A DNA stretch of 64,000 bases from Escherichia phage Paul. The stretch lies in the sequence record NC_070992.1. One strand, written 5' to 3'. The notes beneath the pieces are model-generated. The model was not told where the DNA came from. It made no database searches and saw only the letters and a program-made list of their open reading frames with translations. A program made the position numbers and the translations under genes. Positions 1-10,635 of the stretch are shown piece by piece. Position 1 is the stretch's first letter; every line of letters begins with the position of its first letter.

Positions 1-3
1 AGT

Positions 4-1026
4 TTGGAAGGTTCAGGTGCAACATATCCTAGTGGTTATGAATTCAGTGCTTCACTGTCTAGTCCAGTTTATGGTCGTCAAAACGTCTCCGAGATTCGTC
101 CTAACTCCTTTGTAGGTGTTTGGACTATTCGTGCACATGGTGGTTTCGTAGCTGCTAACACTTCTTGGGCTGTTATTAACCAAGATGCCACTAAACCTTC
201 TTCTGGAGTTACAGCAGATGGTGGGGAGGTTATTTCAAGATATTCTGTTAATGGGGTTACTGAGGCTCAGATGAGTTTTAGAATGAGAGCGGCTATTGGT
301 GGTAACTATTACGCCCGATTGGCTGTTTACAATGCTACCAACGATAGAACCGCAGTCTATGACTTTAATGAGGTGGGGGATTTTTCTATAGGCGGAACAT
401 TCTTCGCTAGAGGAGGTCTTGTAGCTAACAATGCCCTTACTTTAACAGATGGACAATACCCGAAAATAGAGATGCAACCTCTTTATATTGGTGGTGGGAC
501 TGTTCCGAGCACTGTTGTTGGTGGAGCAATGTTCTTCGAATCCGCTCTAGCGGCCAACGGGACTAAATACTATAGATTGTTCTTCCGTCGTAAAGATGGG
601 AACCGGACAGGTGAGGTTACTCTTGATTTCCCGACTTCTACCTCTGGTACAATAGCTCTTCAAGGTACTTCTGGTCGTGAGTATAAGAAAGATATAGTTG
701 ATGCAGAGAGTAAAGAAGCTTTTGACAGAATCAACAATCAACGTCTAGTTAACTTTGTTTATAAGGATGATGAACAGGAGCGTGTTCGGTTTGGTATCAT
801 CGCTGAGGAAGCGGAGCTTATTGCCCCTCAGTATATTAAACATGGTAAAGCGATTGTTCATGAAACTTTTGATAAAGACGGTAATAAAACTGGAGAGGTT
901 TTGAAAGATCGTCCTTCAGTTGATAACAACCCGATTGTTATGGACTTGATGGGTGCTGTTCAATATCTCAAAGGAGAGGTTGATCAATTGAGAGCAGAGC
1001 TTGCTGAGCTTAAAGATGGTAAGTAA
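4..1026 (+). CDS. tail fibre/tailspike protein, C-terminal part (ORF open at window edge) with intramolecular-chaperone-like C-terminal domain
   Basis: ORF starts at position 4 with no upstream stop; C-terminus (RFGIIAEEAELIAPQYI) resembles auto-processing chaperone domains of phage fibres; sits in the tail gene block. Confidence 0.55.
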   Translation: MEGSGATYPSGYEFSASLSSPVYGRQNVSEIRPNSFVGVWTIRAHGGFVAANTSWAVINQDATKPSSGVTADGGEVISRYSVNGVTEAQMSFRMRAAIGGNYYARLAVYNATNDRTAVYDFNEVGDFSIGGTFFARGGLVANNALTLTDGQYPKIEMQPLYIGGGTVPSTVVGGAMFFESALAANGTKYYRLFFRRKDGNRTGEVTLDFPTSTSGTIALQGTSGREYKKDIVDAESKEAFDRINNQRLVNFVYKDDEQERVRFGIIAEEAELIAPQYIKHGKAIVHETFDKDGNKTGEVLKDRPSVDNNPIVMDLMGAVQYLKGEVDQLRAELAELKDGK

Positions 1027-1030
1027 TCTA

Positions 1031-1052
1031 AAGCCCCTTCGGGGGCTTTAGT
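1031..1052 (+). terminator. putative intrinsic terminator hairpin (AAGCCCC-TTCG-GGGGCTT)
   Basis: GC stem with UUCG loop directly after the stop at 1026; trailing U-tract is short. Confidence 0.45.
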
Positions 1053-1119
1053 AGTGAGTATGTTCAAGAAGTAATGAAACTAGTATATCACAAAAGGAAT
1101 ACACATAGGAGATACGAAG

Positions 1120-1338
1120 ATGAAAATGATGAAACAAATCAGTTATGGGTTAGCTTGTGTTGCTACAGGTTTTGCTGTGTCAGTGGCTGTTCCTGTTAAC
1201 GCAGTCCATCCATTAGTCACAGCACCAGCTCCTGTTGAGAAGCTTAGCTCTCAATGCAAGCAGAGAACTATTCAAAATAACTTGGTTGTTATTTGTCCTG
1301 ATGCTGAATCTAACGCTCTGAGAAAGATACTACCTTAA
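1120..1338 (+). CDS. hypothetical small protein with N-terminal signal peptide/TM segment
   Basis: 72-aa ORF; hydrophobic N-terminus MKMMKQISYGLACVATGFAVSVAVPVNA; immediately upstream of the lysozyme gene. Confidence 0.4.
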   Translation: MKMMKQISYGLACVATGFAVSVAVPVNAVHPLVTAPAPVEKLSSQCKQRTIQNNLVVICPDAESNALRKILP

Positions 1339-1367
1339 TTTAAAGGGATCACAAAAGGAGGTTAGAA

Positions 1368-1859
1368 ATGGATAACGTCGCATTGCCACCTGTACATCTA
1401 AACTTAAGCCCAGCTGGAATGGAATTCATCATGAAGCATGAAGGTATGAGAACCAAGGCTTATAAAGATTCCGCAGGTATCTGGACGATATGTGTAGGGG
1501 CTACGCGCGATATGAATGGTTATCCGGTTAGGCAAGGATTAACATATTCTATAGAGGATTGTCTAGCTCTGCTAGATAGAGACACACAAGACTCTGTTCG
1601 TGCTACTCAGAAAAACATAAAGGTTCCTTTGCTTATTCATGAGTTCGATGCACTCACCTCTTTCAACTTCAATGTTGGTAGTGGGGCACTGAGCACGTCT
1701 AAGTTAAGGAAGGTTATCAATGGAGAAGTCAAAGGTGATGTATACTCGGAGTTTCTTCGTTGGGATAAAATTACGGTGAAGGGAGAGAAGCAGAGGAGTC
1801 AGGGTCTTCATAACAGAAGGGTTGCAGAAGCTGATCTTTATACCGAAGGTAAATATTAA
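1368..1859 (+). CDS. lysozyme (phage P22/T4-type muramidase, GH24-like)
   Basis: HEGMRTKAYKDSAGIWTICVGAT and EFDALTSFNFNVGSGAL match the Glu/Asp catalytic region and core of phage lysozymes; SD GGAGG upstream. Confidence 0.85.
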   Translation: MDNVALPPVHLNLSPAGMEFIMKHEGMRTKAYKDSAGIWTICVGATRDMNGYPVRQGLTYSIEDCLALLDRDTQDSVRATQKNIKVPLLIHEFDALTSFNFNVGSGALSTSKLRKVINGEVKGDVYSEFLRWDKITVKGEKQRSQGLHNRRVAEADLYTEGKY

Positions 1860-1871
1860 TGGAGGTGCCTT

Positions 1872-2675
1872 TTGGCTATCGAAACTAATGCGGTAGTAGT
1901 TACCGACTTAAATCCACTCTATCCTCGTGATAGGGATTACATTTACGAAGGGGCGGCTCAAATCCGCCTCATCAAACAAACACTACAAAACACATTCCCC
2001 AACATTACAGAGCCAGTTAATGTGGATTCTGATACTTTTAAGGTTATGTCAGAGAAGCTCAAGTTCACTGGTGATACAATGGATGTTGGTGGTCTTATGA
2101 TTAAGAATGCTGCTCCGGGAACTGGCGATAAGGATATTGTCACTAAAGGTCAGATGGAAGCGTTCATGAAGAACTGGATGGAGAATAAGCTCTATCGTAT
2201 CGGCTCTTATTATATCACTGAAGAAGATATTAATCCGGGTGATTCTATTTCCTTGGGGTTTGGCTCTTGGGCTAAAGTCACTGGTGTTATCATGGGTACT
2301 GGTGTAGTTAACCCTGACGGCTCTGTCCCTAACGCTCAGCGTGTTGAGTTCCAAGCAGGCGGTACAGGTGGTCGTGTGTTTAATACTATCCGTACTGAGA
2401 ACGTACCTCTGATGACAATCAATGGTTCTAGCTTTAAGGTGTCAAGTAACACTCACTCACATAATATGATCTTTGGTCGTGGTGATGCAAGTGGGCACAA
2501 CAGTTCTCCAAACTGGTACAACCCAGGAACTGGATACAGTAAGAGAACTGAAGCAGACACTCACACTCACACCATTTCTGGTTCTGTTAGCTTTGGTCGT
2601 GATGACATTTCACGTCAACCTATTAACACTTTGCCACCATTCAGAGCGGCTCACATTTGGAGACGTATTAGCTAA
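1872..2675 (+). CDS. putative tail fibre tip protein (HxH motifs)
   Basis: 267-aa ORF with repeated His-x-His motifs (THSHN, THTHT) as in metal-binding fibre tips; within the tail block. Confidence 0.4.
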   Translation: MAIETNAVVVTDLNPLYPRDRDYIYEGAAQIRLIKQTLQNTFPNITEPVNVDSDTFKVMSEKLKFTGDTMDVGGLMIKNAAPGTGDKDIVTKGQMEAFMKNWMENKLYRIGSYYITEEDINPGDSISLGFGSWAKVTGVIMGTGVVNPDGSVPNAQRVEFQAGGTGGRVFNTIRTENVPLMTINGSSFKVSSNTHSHNMIFGRGDASGHNSSPNWYNPGTGYSKRTEADTHTHTISGSVSFGRDDISRQPINTLPPFRAAHIWRRIS

Positions 2676-2684
2676 GGAGGAATT

Positions 2685-5684
2685 ATGGCGCTGTATCCAA
2701 TCAAGTCTTTAGGTGCTGTAGGCGTAATTGCTGATCAAGCTCCAACAGACTTAGCTCCTAATGCTTTCACTAATGCTATAAACGCTCGCTTTGTTGAGCA
2801 GAGGGTTTTTAAGACGGGGGGCAATGCCCCTCTTTCTTACGTAGATGAAGATAAAGATTTAACACCTCTGTCTTTTGTATCTATGCCTTTTGATTACTAT
2901 AGCGCAGGTAATAGCTTTCTTATTGTGGGAACTGATAAGAAGTTATATAAGCTGACAGATGAAAGCTTGACTGATATAAGCCGTAAGGTTGCTACAGTCA
3001 CTAAGAGGGCTTCTGCCTCTATTAAGATTTATCCAGTTGTTTCTAGAATTGTTCCTAAAGAGACCACCATCTCTATGAACTTTAACCAGACTAAAGCTCT
3101 CGAAGTTTCTGTTCTTCCAGAGGATGCTAACAATGCTGAACTAGTCTGGAGTTTAAGTAATTCCTCTTATGGTCAGATAACAGTAGACCCAACAGATTCT
3201 AAGAAGGCTTCTCTAAAATCTCTGAGTAAGGAAGGTAATTTAGTTGTTACTGTGAAAACTAAAGATGAAACTGTATCTGCTCAGATTGCTGTTAATATCA
3301 TTGATGGTGATTCAGGTATCTTCCTAAGCCAAGACACAGTAACTGTTCGTAAAGGAAGCAACACTACGATTACAGCTGTTACTGGAAAAACTCCTGTGAG
3401 CTGGTCTACTAACAACGGAGCTATCGTATCAGTTGTTCCTAACACAAACACCTTAACCGCTGTCATCACAGCTAACGGTACAGGAACTGCAACCATTACA
3501 GCAGACAATGGAACGAAGACTGCTACTTGTACTGTTAACGCAATACCTCAGATTGATAGTGTCTCTTTAAGTCAGACTGATGTTACTGTTAACAGAGGTA
3601 CTCAGTATATTCTGACAGCTACAGTATCCCCAGCTAATGCTCCTAATAAGAATATCACTTGGACTTCTTCCAATCCAAACATTGCTACAGTATCTGGCAC
3701 AGGAACAGAAGCTACTATCACGGCAATTACAGCCGGGTTTACAGAGATTACTGCTACTACCCAAGAAGGTAACAGAACTGCTGTTTGTACTGTCCGTGTT
3801 GAGCTTGCTGGTAGAATGTTAAGATCTTCCTTTATGGCAACAGCAGAACCAGAACCAGTTTCTGAAGAGGTTGTAGTTCCTGAATCAGAGGATGTTGTTT
3901 ACTTTGCAGCACCTACATCTGGAATTGATACAACAGGGATGGCTGAAGGTAACAACTTCTACGACTACTCTAACGTAGACGATATGGAAGGTTTTGCAAG
4001 AGCTTCTCTTTTTGCTACCCCTCTTGATTCTGTAACGTTGGATGTTGTTAGTGCTTCTCTTGATGTTGGGGAGGAGATAGTTATAACAGCGACTGCTTCC
4101 CCTGAAGGAGAGTATTCATATCTTTGGTCTGTTGATAAAACTGGATATGTTTCTACAACATCAGTAACAGGGAAAACACTTAAACTTACCGCTCTTCGTA
4201 AGGGTGAGGTTAATGTGACCTGTACAGTAAGTCAGATGACTCAGAGAGACTACGATGCATTTGATGATTATCCTTGGTATCATGCAGTAATTTCCAACTG
4301 TGCAGTAGCAACCACCCACTATGAAACACCTCAGGTTAAAGAGTTTGAATCTGAATACTTTGTAGATCTTCCGGGGTGGGGTGAGCAGACAGTAGTGGAT
4401 AATGATGGGAACCCTTCGGTTAAGAAATTCAACTGGAAGTGTGAGAGAGTAAGATCTTTCAACAACAGGTTGTTTGCTCTGAATATGAGGGAGTCCAATG
4501 CATCTGGTGTTACCACTAACTACCCGCTTCGTCTTCGTTGGTCTAACTTTGCTAATGAGAACAAAGCTCCTACGTTATGGGATGACTTTGCTTATGATCG
4601 AGTTGTGTCTTCAGACTTGGCTTCTAACATCGTAGGTCAGACTCAAGCACTAGAAAATGGATATGCTGGTTACATTGACTTAGCAGACTCCAACGGAAGC
4701 TTGATTGATATTCTACCTCTTAAAGATTACTTGTTCGTTTATACAGAGTTTGAAACGTACATTGGTTCTCCAACTAATAACACATATCAACCTCTGATGT
4801 TCAAGAAACTCTTTAACGATTCTGGCATCCTTGCCCCTGAGTGTGTGGTAGAGGTTGAAGGCAGTCACTTTGTTGTTACTCAGAACGACGTGATCTTACA
4901 TAACGGTGCAACCAAGAAGTCAATCGCTTCTAACCGTGTTAAGAACATGCTGATTAACGAGATATGTTTAGTTAACCCTTTAGCAACTCGAGTGCATTTG
5001 CATCAGGACAAGAAAGAAGTTTGGGTTCTTTATGTAGGTCCGGGAGAACCAAAAGAAAGCTTCGCTTGTACTAAAGCTGCTGTATGGAACTACGAGTTTG
5101 ATACTTGGTCTTTCCGTACTATCCCATACGCTCAGTGTATTGGTTTGGTTGACCCTCCTGTCCTTGAAAGGGGTCCGATTTGGGCTGACTTCCAAGAGAT
5201 CACTTGGGATGACCCATCAATCAAAGAGCTTGTTTGGAGAAAGGATGCAACTAACTTCCGCCAGAGGGTTACGATAGTAGGTTCGTTCCTACGAGGTTTC
5301 TATCAAGTGGATGTTGGTGCTTTAGATTACTTCTATGATAGGCTTAATGATAAGGTTATAGAAAAACCACTGGAGATGAGGTTAGAGAGAACTGGTATTG
5401 ATTTTGATAACGTCACTAATGAATGGAATCAGAAGCATATCAATAGATTCAGACCTCAAACAACAGGCTCTGGTACGTATACTTTCGAGGCAGGTGGTAG
5501 TCAATTCTCAAACGAATATGGTCATCCACATACATCCAAGACGTATACGATTGGTGTTGATAGACATGTCTCGGTGAGACTGAACCATCCATACCTTTTC
5601 TATAATGTTATAGATAATGATGTTAACAGTAATGCTGCTATCAATGGTTTAACGATAGAGTTTGCTGTTGGCGGGCGGAGATAA
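2685..5684 (+). CDS. tail protein with three tandem Big_2-like Ig domains
   Basis: 999 aa; three ~80-aa repeats of the type VTV..G....ITA......V.W.S.N..IATV...G..TA...G.A.ITA; SD AAGGAGG upstream. Confidence 0.55.
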   Translation: MALYPIKSLGAVGVIADQAPTDLAPNAFTNAINARFVEQRVFKTGGNAPLSYVDEDKDLTPLSFVSMPFDYYSAGNSFLIVGTDKKLYKLTDESLTDISRKVATVTKRASASIKIYPVVSRIVPKETTISMNFNQTKALEVSVLPEDANNAELVWSLSNSSYGQITVDPTDSKKASLKSLSKEGNLVVTVKTKDETVSAQIAVNIIDGDSGIFLSQDTVTVRKGSNTTITAVTGKTPVSWSTNNGAIVSVVPNTNTLTAVITANGTGTATITADNGTKTATCTVNAIPQIDSVSLSQTDVTVNRGTQYILTATVSPANAPNKNITWTSSNPNIATVSGTGTEATITAITAGFTEITATTQEGNRTAVCTVRVELAGRMLRSSFMATAEPEPVSEEVVVPESEDVVYFAAPTSGIDTTGMAEGNNFYDYSNVDDMEGFARASLFATPLDSVTLDVVSASLDVGEEIVITATASPEGEYSYLWSVDKTGYVSTTSVTGKTLKLTALRKGEVNVTCTVSQMTQRDYDAFDDYPWYHAVISNCAVATTHYETPQVKEFESEYFVDLPGWGEQTVVDNDGNPSVKKFNWKCERVRSFNNRLFALNMRESNASGVTTNYPLRLRWSNFANENKAPTLWDDFAYDRVVSSDLASNIVGQTQALENGYAGYIDLADSNGSLIDILPLKDYLFVYTEFETYIGSPTNNTYQPLMFKKLFNDSGILAPECVVEVEGSHFVVTQNDVILHNGATKKSIASNRVKNMLINEICLVNPLATRVHLHQDKKEVWVLYVGPGEPKESFACTKAAVWNYEFDTWSFRTIPYAQCIGLVDPPVLERGPIWADFQEITWDDPSIKELVWRKDATNFRQRVTIVGSFLRGFYQVDVGALDYFYDRLNDKVIEKPLEMRLERTGIDFDNVTNEWNQKHINRFRPQTTGSGTYTFEAGGSQFSNEYGHPHTSKTYTIGVDRHVSVRLNHPYLFYNVIDNDVNSNAAINGLTIEFAVGGRR

Positions 5685-5688
5685 CAAC

Positions 5689-5720
5689 AAGGGGCTTCGT
5701 GCCCCTTTTATTGTTTTGGA
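5689..5720 (+). terminator. intrinsic terminator (AAGGGGC-TTCGT-GCCCCTT + TTTTATTGTTTT)
   Basis: GC hairpin followed by a T-rich tract right after the stop at 5684. Confidence 0.6.
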
Positions 5721-5727
5721 GGAACTT

Positions 5728-6741
5728 ATGGGTGCAGGTGGTTTTCGTAAGAACACTGGTCGCAATAACACCACACTCCCGTACAACGTTGGGTTTCTCA
5801 ATAATGTACAGGACACAGAAACTTATAACGTAGCCGTGTATGACGAACTACAGAAAGTCAGCACAGCCACTAACCAAATGTTCCAAGCTATTGACGAGAT
5901 TCACGATGAGATTGATGTTCGTATCAAAGCCCTCAATGCGATGAACCTACAATTTGACGAGCTTGAGAACAGGATTACTACAGAGATTGAAACAGCTATT
6001 GCAGACATTCAAACTCAAATGGGTAATTTATCCACTGATGATATTTGGGATAACTCAGTACAACCTCCGGTTAAACTGGAAAGCTCTATCTCTGGTATTA
6101 AAACGAGTATTGAAGGTAATGATTTAAAGATTCAAACTGTGCAAGGGATTGTTAATGACCAAGGTGAAGAGATTGCTTTGGTTCAAACAGAGTTAACTTC
6201 TCAAGGCCAACAAATCTCTGACGTAGACGGTAGAGTTACCACTGTTCAAAACTCACTGTCTCAGTATATGAAGCTTACCTCCTATGAAGCTACATGGGGT
6301 GTAAACTCTTCAGTCAACGGTCAATATGCCGGAGTTAAATTAACTAACAACGGAACTAATAGTCAATTCCAAGTAACAGCTAACAAGTTCATCGTAGGTA
6401 ACGGTACGACAGGGAATAACCCTTTTGTATTTGAGAACGGAAGAGCTAGAATGGAGTTCGCTGATATAAAGAACGTCAACATCACAACTGCCATGATTGC
6501 TAATGCTAGGATTCAGTGGGCACAGATTGATAACGTTTCAGTGAGTAATGCTCAGATTCAAAACTTGGCAGCCAACAAAATTACAGCTGGGGCTATGAGT
6601 GGTACGAACTGGAGACTTACTGTTGGTGGGGATTTCCAATTAGGTGCTGGTTCTGGTAGTAACCGGTTGTGGATGAATGGTAGCCGTATCGACTTCTATG
6701 ATGCAAGTGGTACGCTTCGTATTAGAATAGGGACTTGGTAA
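5728..6741 (+). CDS. tail fibre protein (coiled-coil N-terminal region)
   Basis: Track ORF 5662..6741; probable start is the ATG at 5728 after SD GGAGG and downstream of the terminator; heptad-rich region and fibre-like C-terminus. Confidence 0.45.
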   Translation: MGAGGFRKNTGRNNTTLPYNVGFLNNVQDTETYNVAVYDELQKVSTATNQMFQAIDEIHDEIDVRIKALNAMNLQFDELENRITTEIETAIADIQTQMGNLSTDDIWDNSVQPPVKLESSISGIKTSIEGNDLKIQTVQGIVNDQGEEIALVQTELTSQGQQISDVDGRVTTVQNSLSQYMKLTSYEATWGVNSSVNGQYAGVKLTNNGTNSQFQVTANKFIVGNGTTGNNPFVFENGRARMEFADIKNVNITTAMIANARIQWAQIDNVSVSNAQIQNLAANKITAGAMSGTNWRLTVGGDFQLGAGSGSNRLWMNGSRIDFYDASGTLRIRIGTW

Positions 6742-6742
6742 T

Positions 6743-7777
6743 ATGGCATATGGAATATGGACAACGCCAGTCGGACCGGGACCGGCTTCTCCGGCTGAGC
6801 TTTTTATTGACAGTGATACCACCTTTCCTCAATTTAAGAATAGGGTCAGTGGTAATTATAACTTTAATGGAGGCAGTAGAGATTTCCCTATTTCTGGATG
6901 GGATGGCTCAGGCCAAATCGTTGTAGTACCTACTGGCTCTTTATGTTGGCAATGGGAAGTCCCTCCTAACCTTGTCCCTGATGTGTATGTTGTAAATAAT
7001 ATCAGTATTGTGAATAACTCAACTTTCAGAGTTAGCATAAATATGAATCCCGGAAGTAACCCATTGTTTGATGTAGCTTTTAATGTGTATCAAATATGGC
7101 CTAGGGCTAACAGAAACTACGGGATAACCTTTTCAAACACAGCTGATTACTTCTCTATATCAGATGCTGGAGTTGTTGGTCAATGTATTTGGGCTTGGGA
7201 AGGAAATATTAATGGCTCCATGCAAATACCAGCAATCAGTGGTTTTGATATGTCTAGGGCTTCAGTGTTTGCTAACTGGTCTGGAGGACAAGGTTTACTC
7301 TATGATGCTGGGAGTCGTAATATCAGGGTTTACCAAAACAGAACCTACGATAACGGAAACAACAACCAAACAGGAACAATCAATAATGTGAGAGTTGCAG
7401 TGTTCTGTAATGGGGCTGGTGTTCCTACTCACAATGGGGGATTAAACATATATTCACCTAATGGTTCTCAGTGTGTATTTTCTACTTACAGAACACCTTT
7501 TATGGTTGATCGTTTTATGGCTATGAGTGGAGGGAATACTGGACTTACATATCCTATGATACCTCTGACAAACGGAGCAGGTTCTATTAGAGGTCAGGCG
7601 GGGAGTTGGTATTTCCAACATGCTAGATCTCATACGATGAACGGCTCTTCTTTTGGTACAGGGTATGGTCGATATATGTTCCAGTGGGATAGAAACTACG
7701 ATATGGGTGGTGGTGGAGCTATCTCCCTTCAGGTTCCAGTCCTAGATGCTAGGAAAATTTTTAGAAGCATACAATAA
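6743..7777 (+). CDS. putative tail fibre/receptor-binding protein
   Basis: 344-aa ORF tightly packed in the tail block; Gly/Asn-rich; no recognisable enzymatic motif. Confidence 0.3.
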   Translation: MAYGIWTTPVGPGPASPAELFIDSDTTFPQFKNRVSGNYNFNGGSRDFPISGWDGSGQIVVVPTGSLCWQWEVPPNLVPDVYVVNNISIVNNSTFRVSINMNPGSNPLFDVAFNVYQIWPRANRNYGITFSNTADYFSISDAGVVGQCIWAWEGNINGSMQIPAISGFDMSRASVFANWSGGQGLLYDAGSRNIRVYQNRTYDNGNNNQTGTINNVRVAVFCNGAGVPTHNGGLNIYSPNGSQCVFSTYRTPFMVDRFMAMSGGNTGLTYPMIPLTNGAGSIRGQAGSWYFQHARSHTMNGSSFGTGYGRYMFQWDRNYDMGGGGAISLQVPVLDARKIFRSIQ

Positions 7778-7786
7778 GGAGAACTT

Positions 7787-8569
7787 ATGGCAATTAGAAT
7801 GGGTATAGAAGAACTAGACCCGATGGTTCAACAGGCTTCAAAGAAGTATGGTATACCAGCTGCTTTGATTCATGCTGTAATTCAAAGGGAGTCTAGTGGT
7901 CGTCCTAAGGTAGCTTCCGGAACTGGTCCTGTTGGTTTGATGCAGATCAGTAAAGGGTTAGCTAAAGATTATGGTTATAAACTAGAAGATAGGCTTGACC
8001 CAGCCAAGAATATCGACATGGGTGCTCGCTATATCAGAGACAATCTTAAAGCTTTTAATGGTGATGTTAAGAAAGCAATGGTTGGCTATTCAGAAGGTAT
8101 TGGTGGAGCTAAGCAGATGTTCGCTGGTAAAAGAGGGTTTACCCCTCAGGCTCTTGACTCTATGAACAACAAACACTTCCTTCCTTTCTATGGTGATGCA
8201 GCTTCTCAGATTGCTAATCCTATTGGGGCTTTACAAGCTGTTCAACCAGTCAACCAGTTTAGTCCTGATACTCTAGACAGAGAGAAGGCTGCACAAGCTC
8301 CAACTCAGGCAGAGATTGCTGCTTCTAAGACAGGAGCTTTAGGAGGTAATCCGGTAGAGTTTTACTCTGATGAAGTGCAGGAAGGGGAAGACCAGAAGCC
8401 TCAACAGAACTTTGGTAATGCAGTATTAGGAGTAGCTGCTATGCTTGCTGGTAAACCCCCTACTTCTCAAACAGTTCAGAGGGCAAGTGCACCACATGCA
8501 GCAGGTTCTCAGTACAGTCCACAAACACAAGCAGTGCTCAGGCGTTTGGCTAGCATTGGTGTAAAGTAA
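7787..8569 (+). CDS. virion-associated lytic transglycosylase (SLT domain)
   Basis: ESSGRPKVASGTGPVGLMQIS matches the SLT active-site region (catalytic Glu-Ser, GLMQ). Confidence 0.7.
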   Translation: MAIRMGIEELDPMVQQASKKYGIPAALIHAVIQRESSGRPKVASGTGPVGLMQISKGLAKDYGYKLEDRLDPAKNIDMGARYIRDNLKAFNGDVKKAMVGYSEGIGGAKQMFAGKRGFTPQALDSMNNKHFLPFYGDAASQIANPIGALQAVQPVNQFSPDTLDREKAAQAPTQAEIAASKTGALGGNPVEFYSDEVQEGEDQKPQQNFGNAVLGVAAMLAGKPPTSQTVQRASAPHAAGSQYSPQTQAVLRRLASIGVK

Positions 8570-8588
8570 TAATCTTTAAGGAGGACTT

Positions 8589-9641
8589 ATGTCTTTATTT
8601 GGAAAATCAGCTTCTAGCAAAACCACAGTGGCTCCTTCCTCTCAGGTTGATGCCCTGCTGAAGCAGATTGTTGCTAATGCTCAGAATATGCAGAACAACG
8701 ATCCGGGATTCATCTCCCAACAGCTGGCTGGGTTTAATGGCAACCAACAGGGTGCTCTGAATAACTTAGCAGCTTCTACAACTCAGAAGCAATTGGCTGA
8801 TATGTACACACCTCGTACACAGCAAGGACTGGACCAACTAAACGCTCTTGCTCAACAGTATCAGAATATTGTCAATGGTGGTGGTCTAACTGCTGATGGT
8901 GTTAATAACTTTAGTAAAGGGTTGAATAACTCAGCTCTTGCTCAAGCTACTAGTAAGGCAGCTTCCAATGTATCTCTCGGAAATGGCTCCGACTCTGGCT
9001 CTCTTCGTAGAGCTGCTGCTCAAGGTGCTGCCCTGAACGGTGCTAATACAAACTTAGCTCGTACTATCAGTGGTAAGAACATGGGAATCAGTGCTCTTCA
9101 ACAAGACCAAAACTTCCAGAGAGGCTTACTTGGTGCTCAGTCAGGGTTGGCTGGACAGAATCTCAATCTTGGTGCTCAGGGTGTTCAAGCAACTCAACAA
9201 GCCATCCAGAATCAACTCATGGCTGGTAATCTACAACAGCAGCAAGCTCAGGCTCAAGCTGATATTAATTGGCAGAACGCTATTGGCTCTCAGCAGTATG
9301 GATGGAATCAGCTTAACAACCAACTTAATGTATTAAACAGTGTAAGTCCAATGGCTGGATATACAATTAAGAATGCCGCTCCGGGTGTTAACACAGGACA
9401 GCAGATTCTCGGTGCTGGTATTACTGGATTAGGTATTGCAGGTCGTATGGGCGCTTTCTCTCCTAACCAACAGACTCAGAATGCTTGGAGTTCCTATAAT
9501 AATTCAGGTGGGCAATCTGGCATGGCTGGTCCTATGATTGGAGGTTCTAATCTTTCTCAACAGAGAGGTCAGTCTAACTGGTTATCCACAGCAGGTAGTA
9601 ATATCTTAGGTGGGGTCTTAGGGGCATTCGGAGCAAACTAA
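8589..9641 (+). CDS. putative internal virion/ejection protein (Gln/Asn/Gly-rich)
   Basis: 350 aa, low-complexity Q/N/G/A-rich; N-terminus MSLFGKSASSKTT is paralogous to the next gene. Confidence 0.4.
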   Translation: MSLFGKSASSKTTVAPSSQVDALLKQIVANAQNMQNNDPGFISQQLAGFNGNQQGALNNLAASTTQKQLADMYTPRTQQGLDQLNALAQQYQNIVNGGGLTADGVNNFSKGLNNSALAQATSKAASNVSLGNGSDSGSLRRAAAQGAALNGANTNLARTISGKNMGISALQQDQNFQRGLLGAQSGLAGQNLNLGAQGVQATQQAIQNQLMAGNLQQQQAQAQADINWQNAIGSQQYGWNQLNNQLNVLNSVSPMAGYTIKNAAPGVNTGQQILGAGITGLGIAGRMGAFSPNQQTQNAWSSYNNSGGQSGMAGPMIGGSNLSQQRGQSNWLSTAGSNILGGVLGAFGAN

Positions 9642-9653
9642 AGGAGATTTAAT

Positions 9654-10622
9654 ATGGCTTTATTCGGAGGCGGAGGTAGTAAAACTACTTCCCAAATGAT
9701 TCGCCCTGAATACATTAAACAGTATATTGACCAGCTTAATAAGCAGATTGGTAATACTAGTTCAGGGGATTATGTTTATCGAGATAATATAGGGTTTAAT
9801 AATAATCAGACAGAGGCACTTAATAACCTAGCACAATCTGGCGCTCTAGGCACTCTCTCACAGCAATACATGGATGCAGCAGGTCAAGGCTTGGGTTATC
9901 TAGATAATGCCTATAAAGGCTATCAGAGCCTCTCTGGTCAAGGTGGTATTACTGGAGAACAGATTGGTGCTCTCGCTGGTCAACTGTATGATGATGACGC
10001 TGTGCAAGCAGCCATTACAGCTAATAACGAACAGGTTCAACAGAACTTAGCACGTAATGCTCTTCCTCAGTTAGCTCAACAGTTTGCTGGTCAACAAGGT
10101 TCAGGTGCTCGTATGGCTAAATCTTTTGCCCAAGGTGATGCTCTGAATCAGATGCAAGGTCAAGCAACAGATATCACCAACAGTGCCTATAACTCGGCTA
10201 TTAGTCAAGCTGAAAGTATCCTCTCTGGTAATAGACAGAATCAGGCAGCTGCTCTCTCAGGTCTTTCTACTATTGGTTCTAACCTTTCCAATTTAGGTCA
10301 ACAAGGTGCTGATTTATCTCAACAGCAAATACTAAACCAATGGAAGGCTGGGTTGCAGCAACAACAGCAACAACAGAATGAATATGATAATGCCTACCAG
10401 AATGCTCAGAACGCAGCTAACTGGGGATGGCAGGATATTAACAACCAACTAGGTGCAGCAGGTGTACTTAACGGCGCTCTCGGACAAACTACAACCACTA
10501 AAACATCTGGTGGCAAAGGTGGTTTCCTTGGTGGAGCTATGAGTGGTGCAGCAGCAGGTTCTTCCTTTGGGCCTTGGGGTGCATTGGCTGGGGGTGTAAT
10601 CGGTGGGTTGGCTAGTAATTAA
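9654..10622 (+). CDS. putative internal virion/ejection protein, paralog of the preceding gene
   Basis: 322 aa; N-terminus MALFGGGGSKTT and Q/N/G-rich composition mirror ORF 8589..9641. Confidence 0.4.
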   Translation: MALFGGGGSKTTSQMIRPEYIKQYIDQLNKQIGNTSSGDYVYRDNIGFNNNQTEALNNLAQSGALGTLSQQYMDAAGQGLGYLDNAYKGYQSLSGQGGITGEQIGALAGQLYDDDAVQAAITANNEQVQQNLARNALPQLAQQFAGQQGSGARMAKSFAQGDALNQMQGQATDITNSAYNSAISQAESILSGNRQNQAAALSGLSTIGSNLSNLGQQGADLSQQQILNQWKAGLQQQQQQQNEYDNAYQNAQNAANWGWQDINNQLGAAGVLNGALGQTTTTKTSGGKGGFLGGAMSGAAAGSSFGPWGALAGGVIGGLASN

Positions 10623-10635
10623 TTAGGAGACAAAT

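Noticed and set aside
1120-1338. Possible holin directly upstream of the lysozyme
   Set aside because: Only one hydrophobic segment that looks like a cleavable signal peptide and no charged C-terminal tail; kept as a hypothetical secreted protein.
1958-2354. Minus-strand ORFs inside the plus-strand structural block (1958..2143, 2049..2354; also 3281..3508, 13073..13426 and similar)
   Set aside because: Fully embedded antisense in long structural genes; treated as shadow ORFs.
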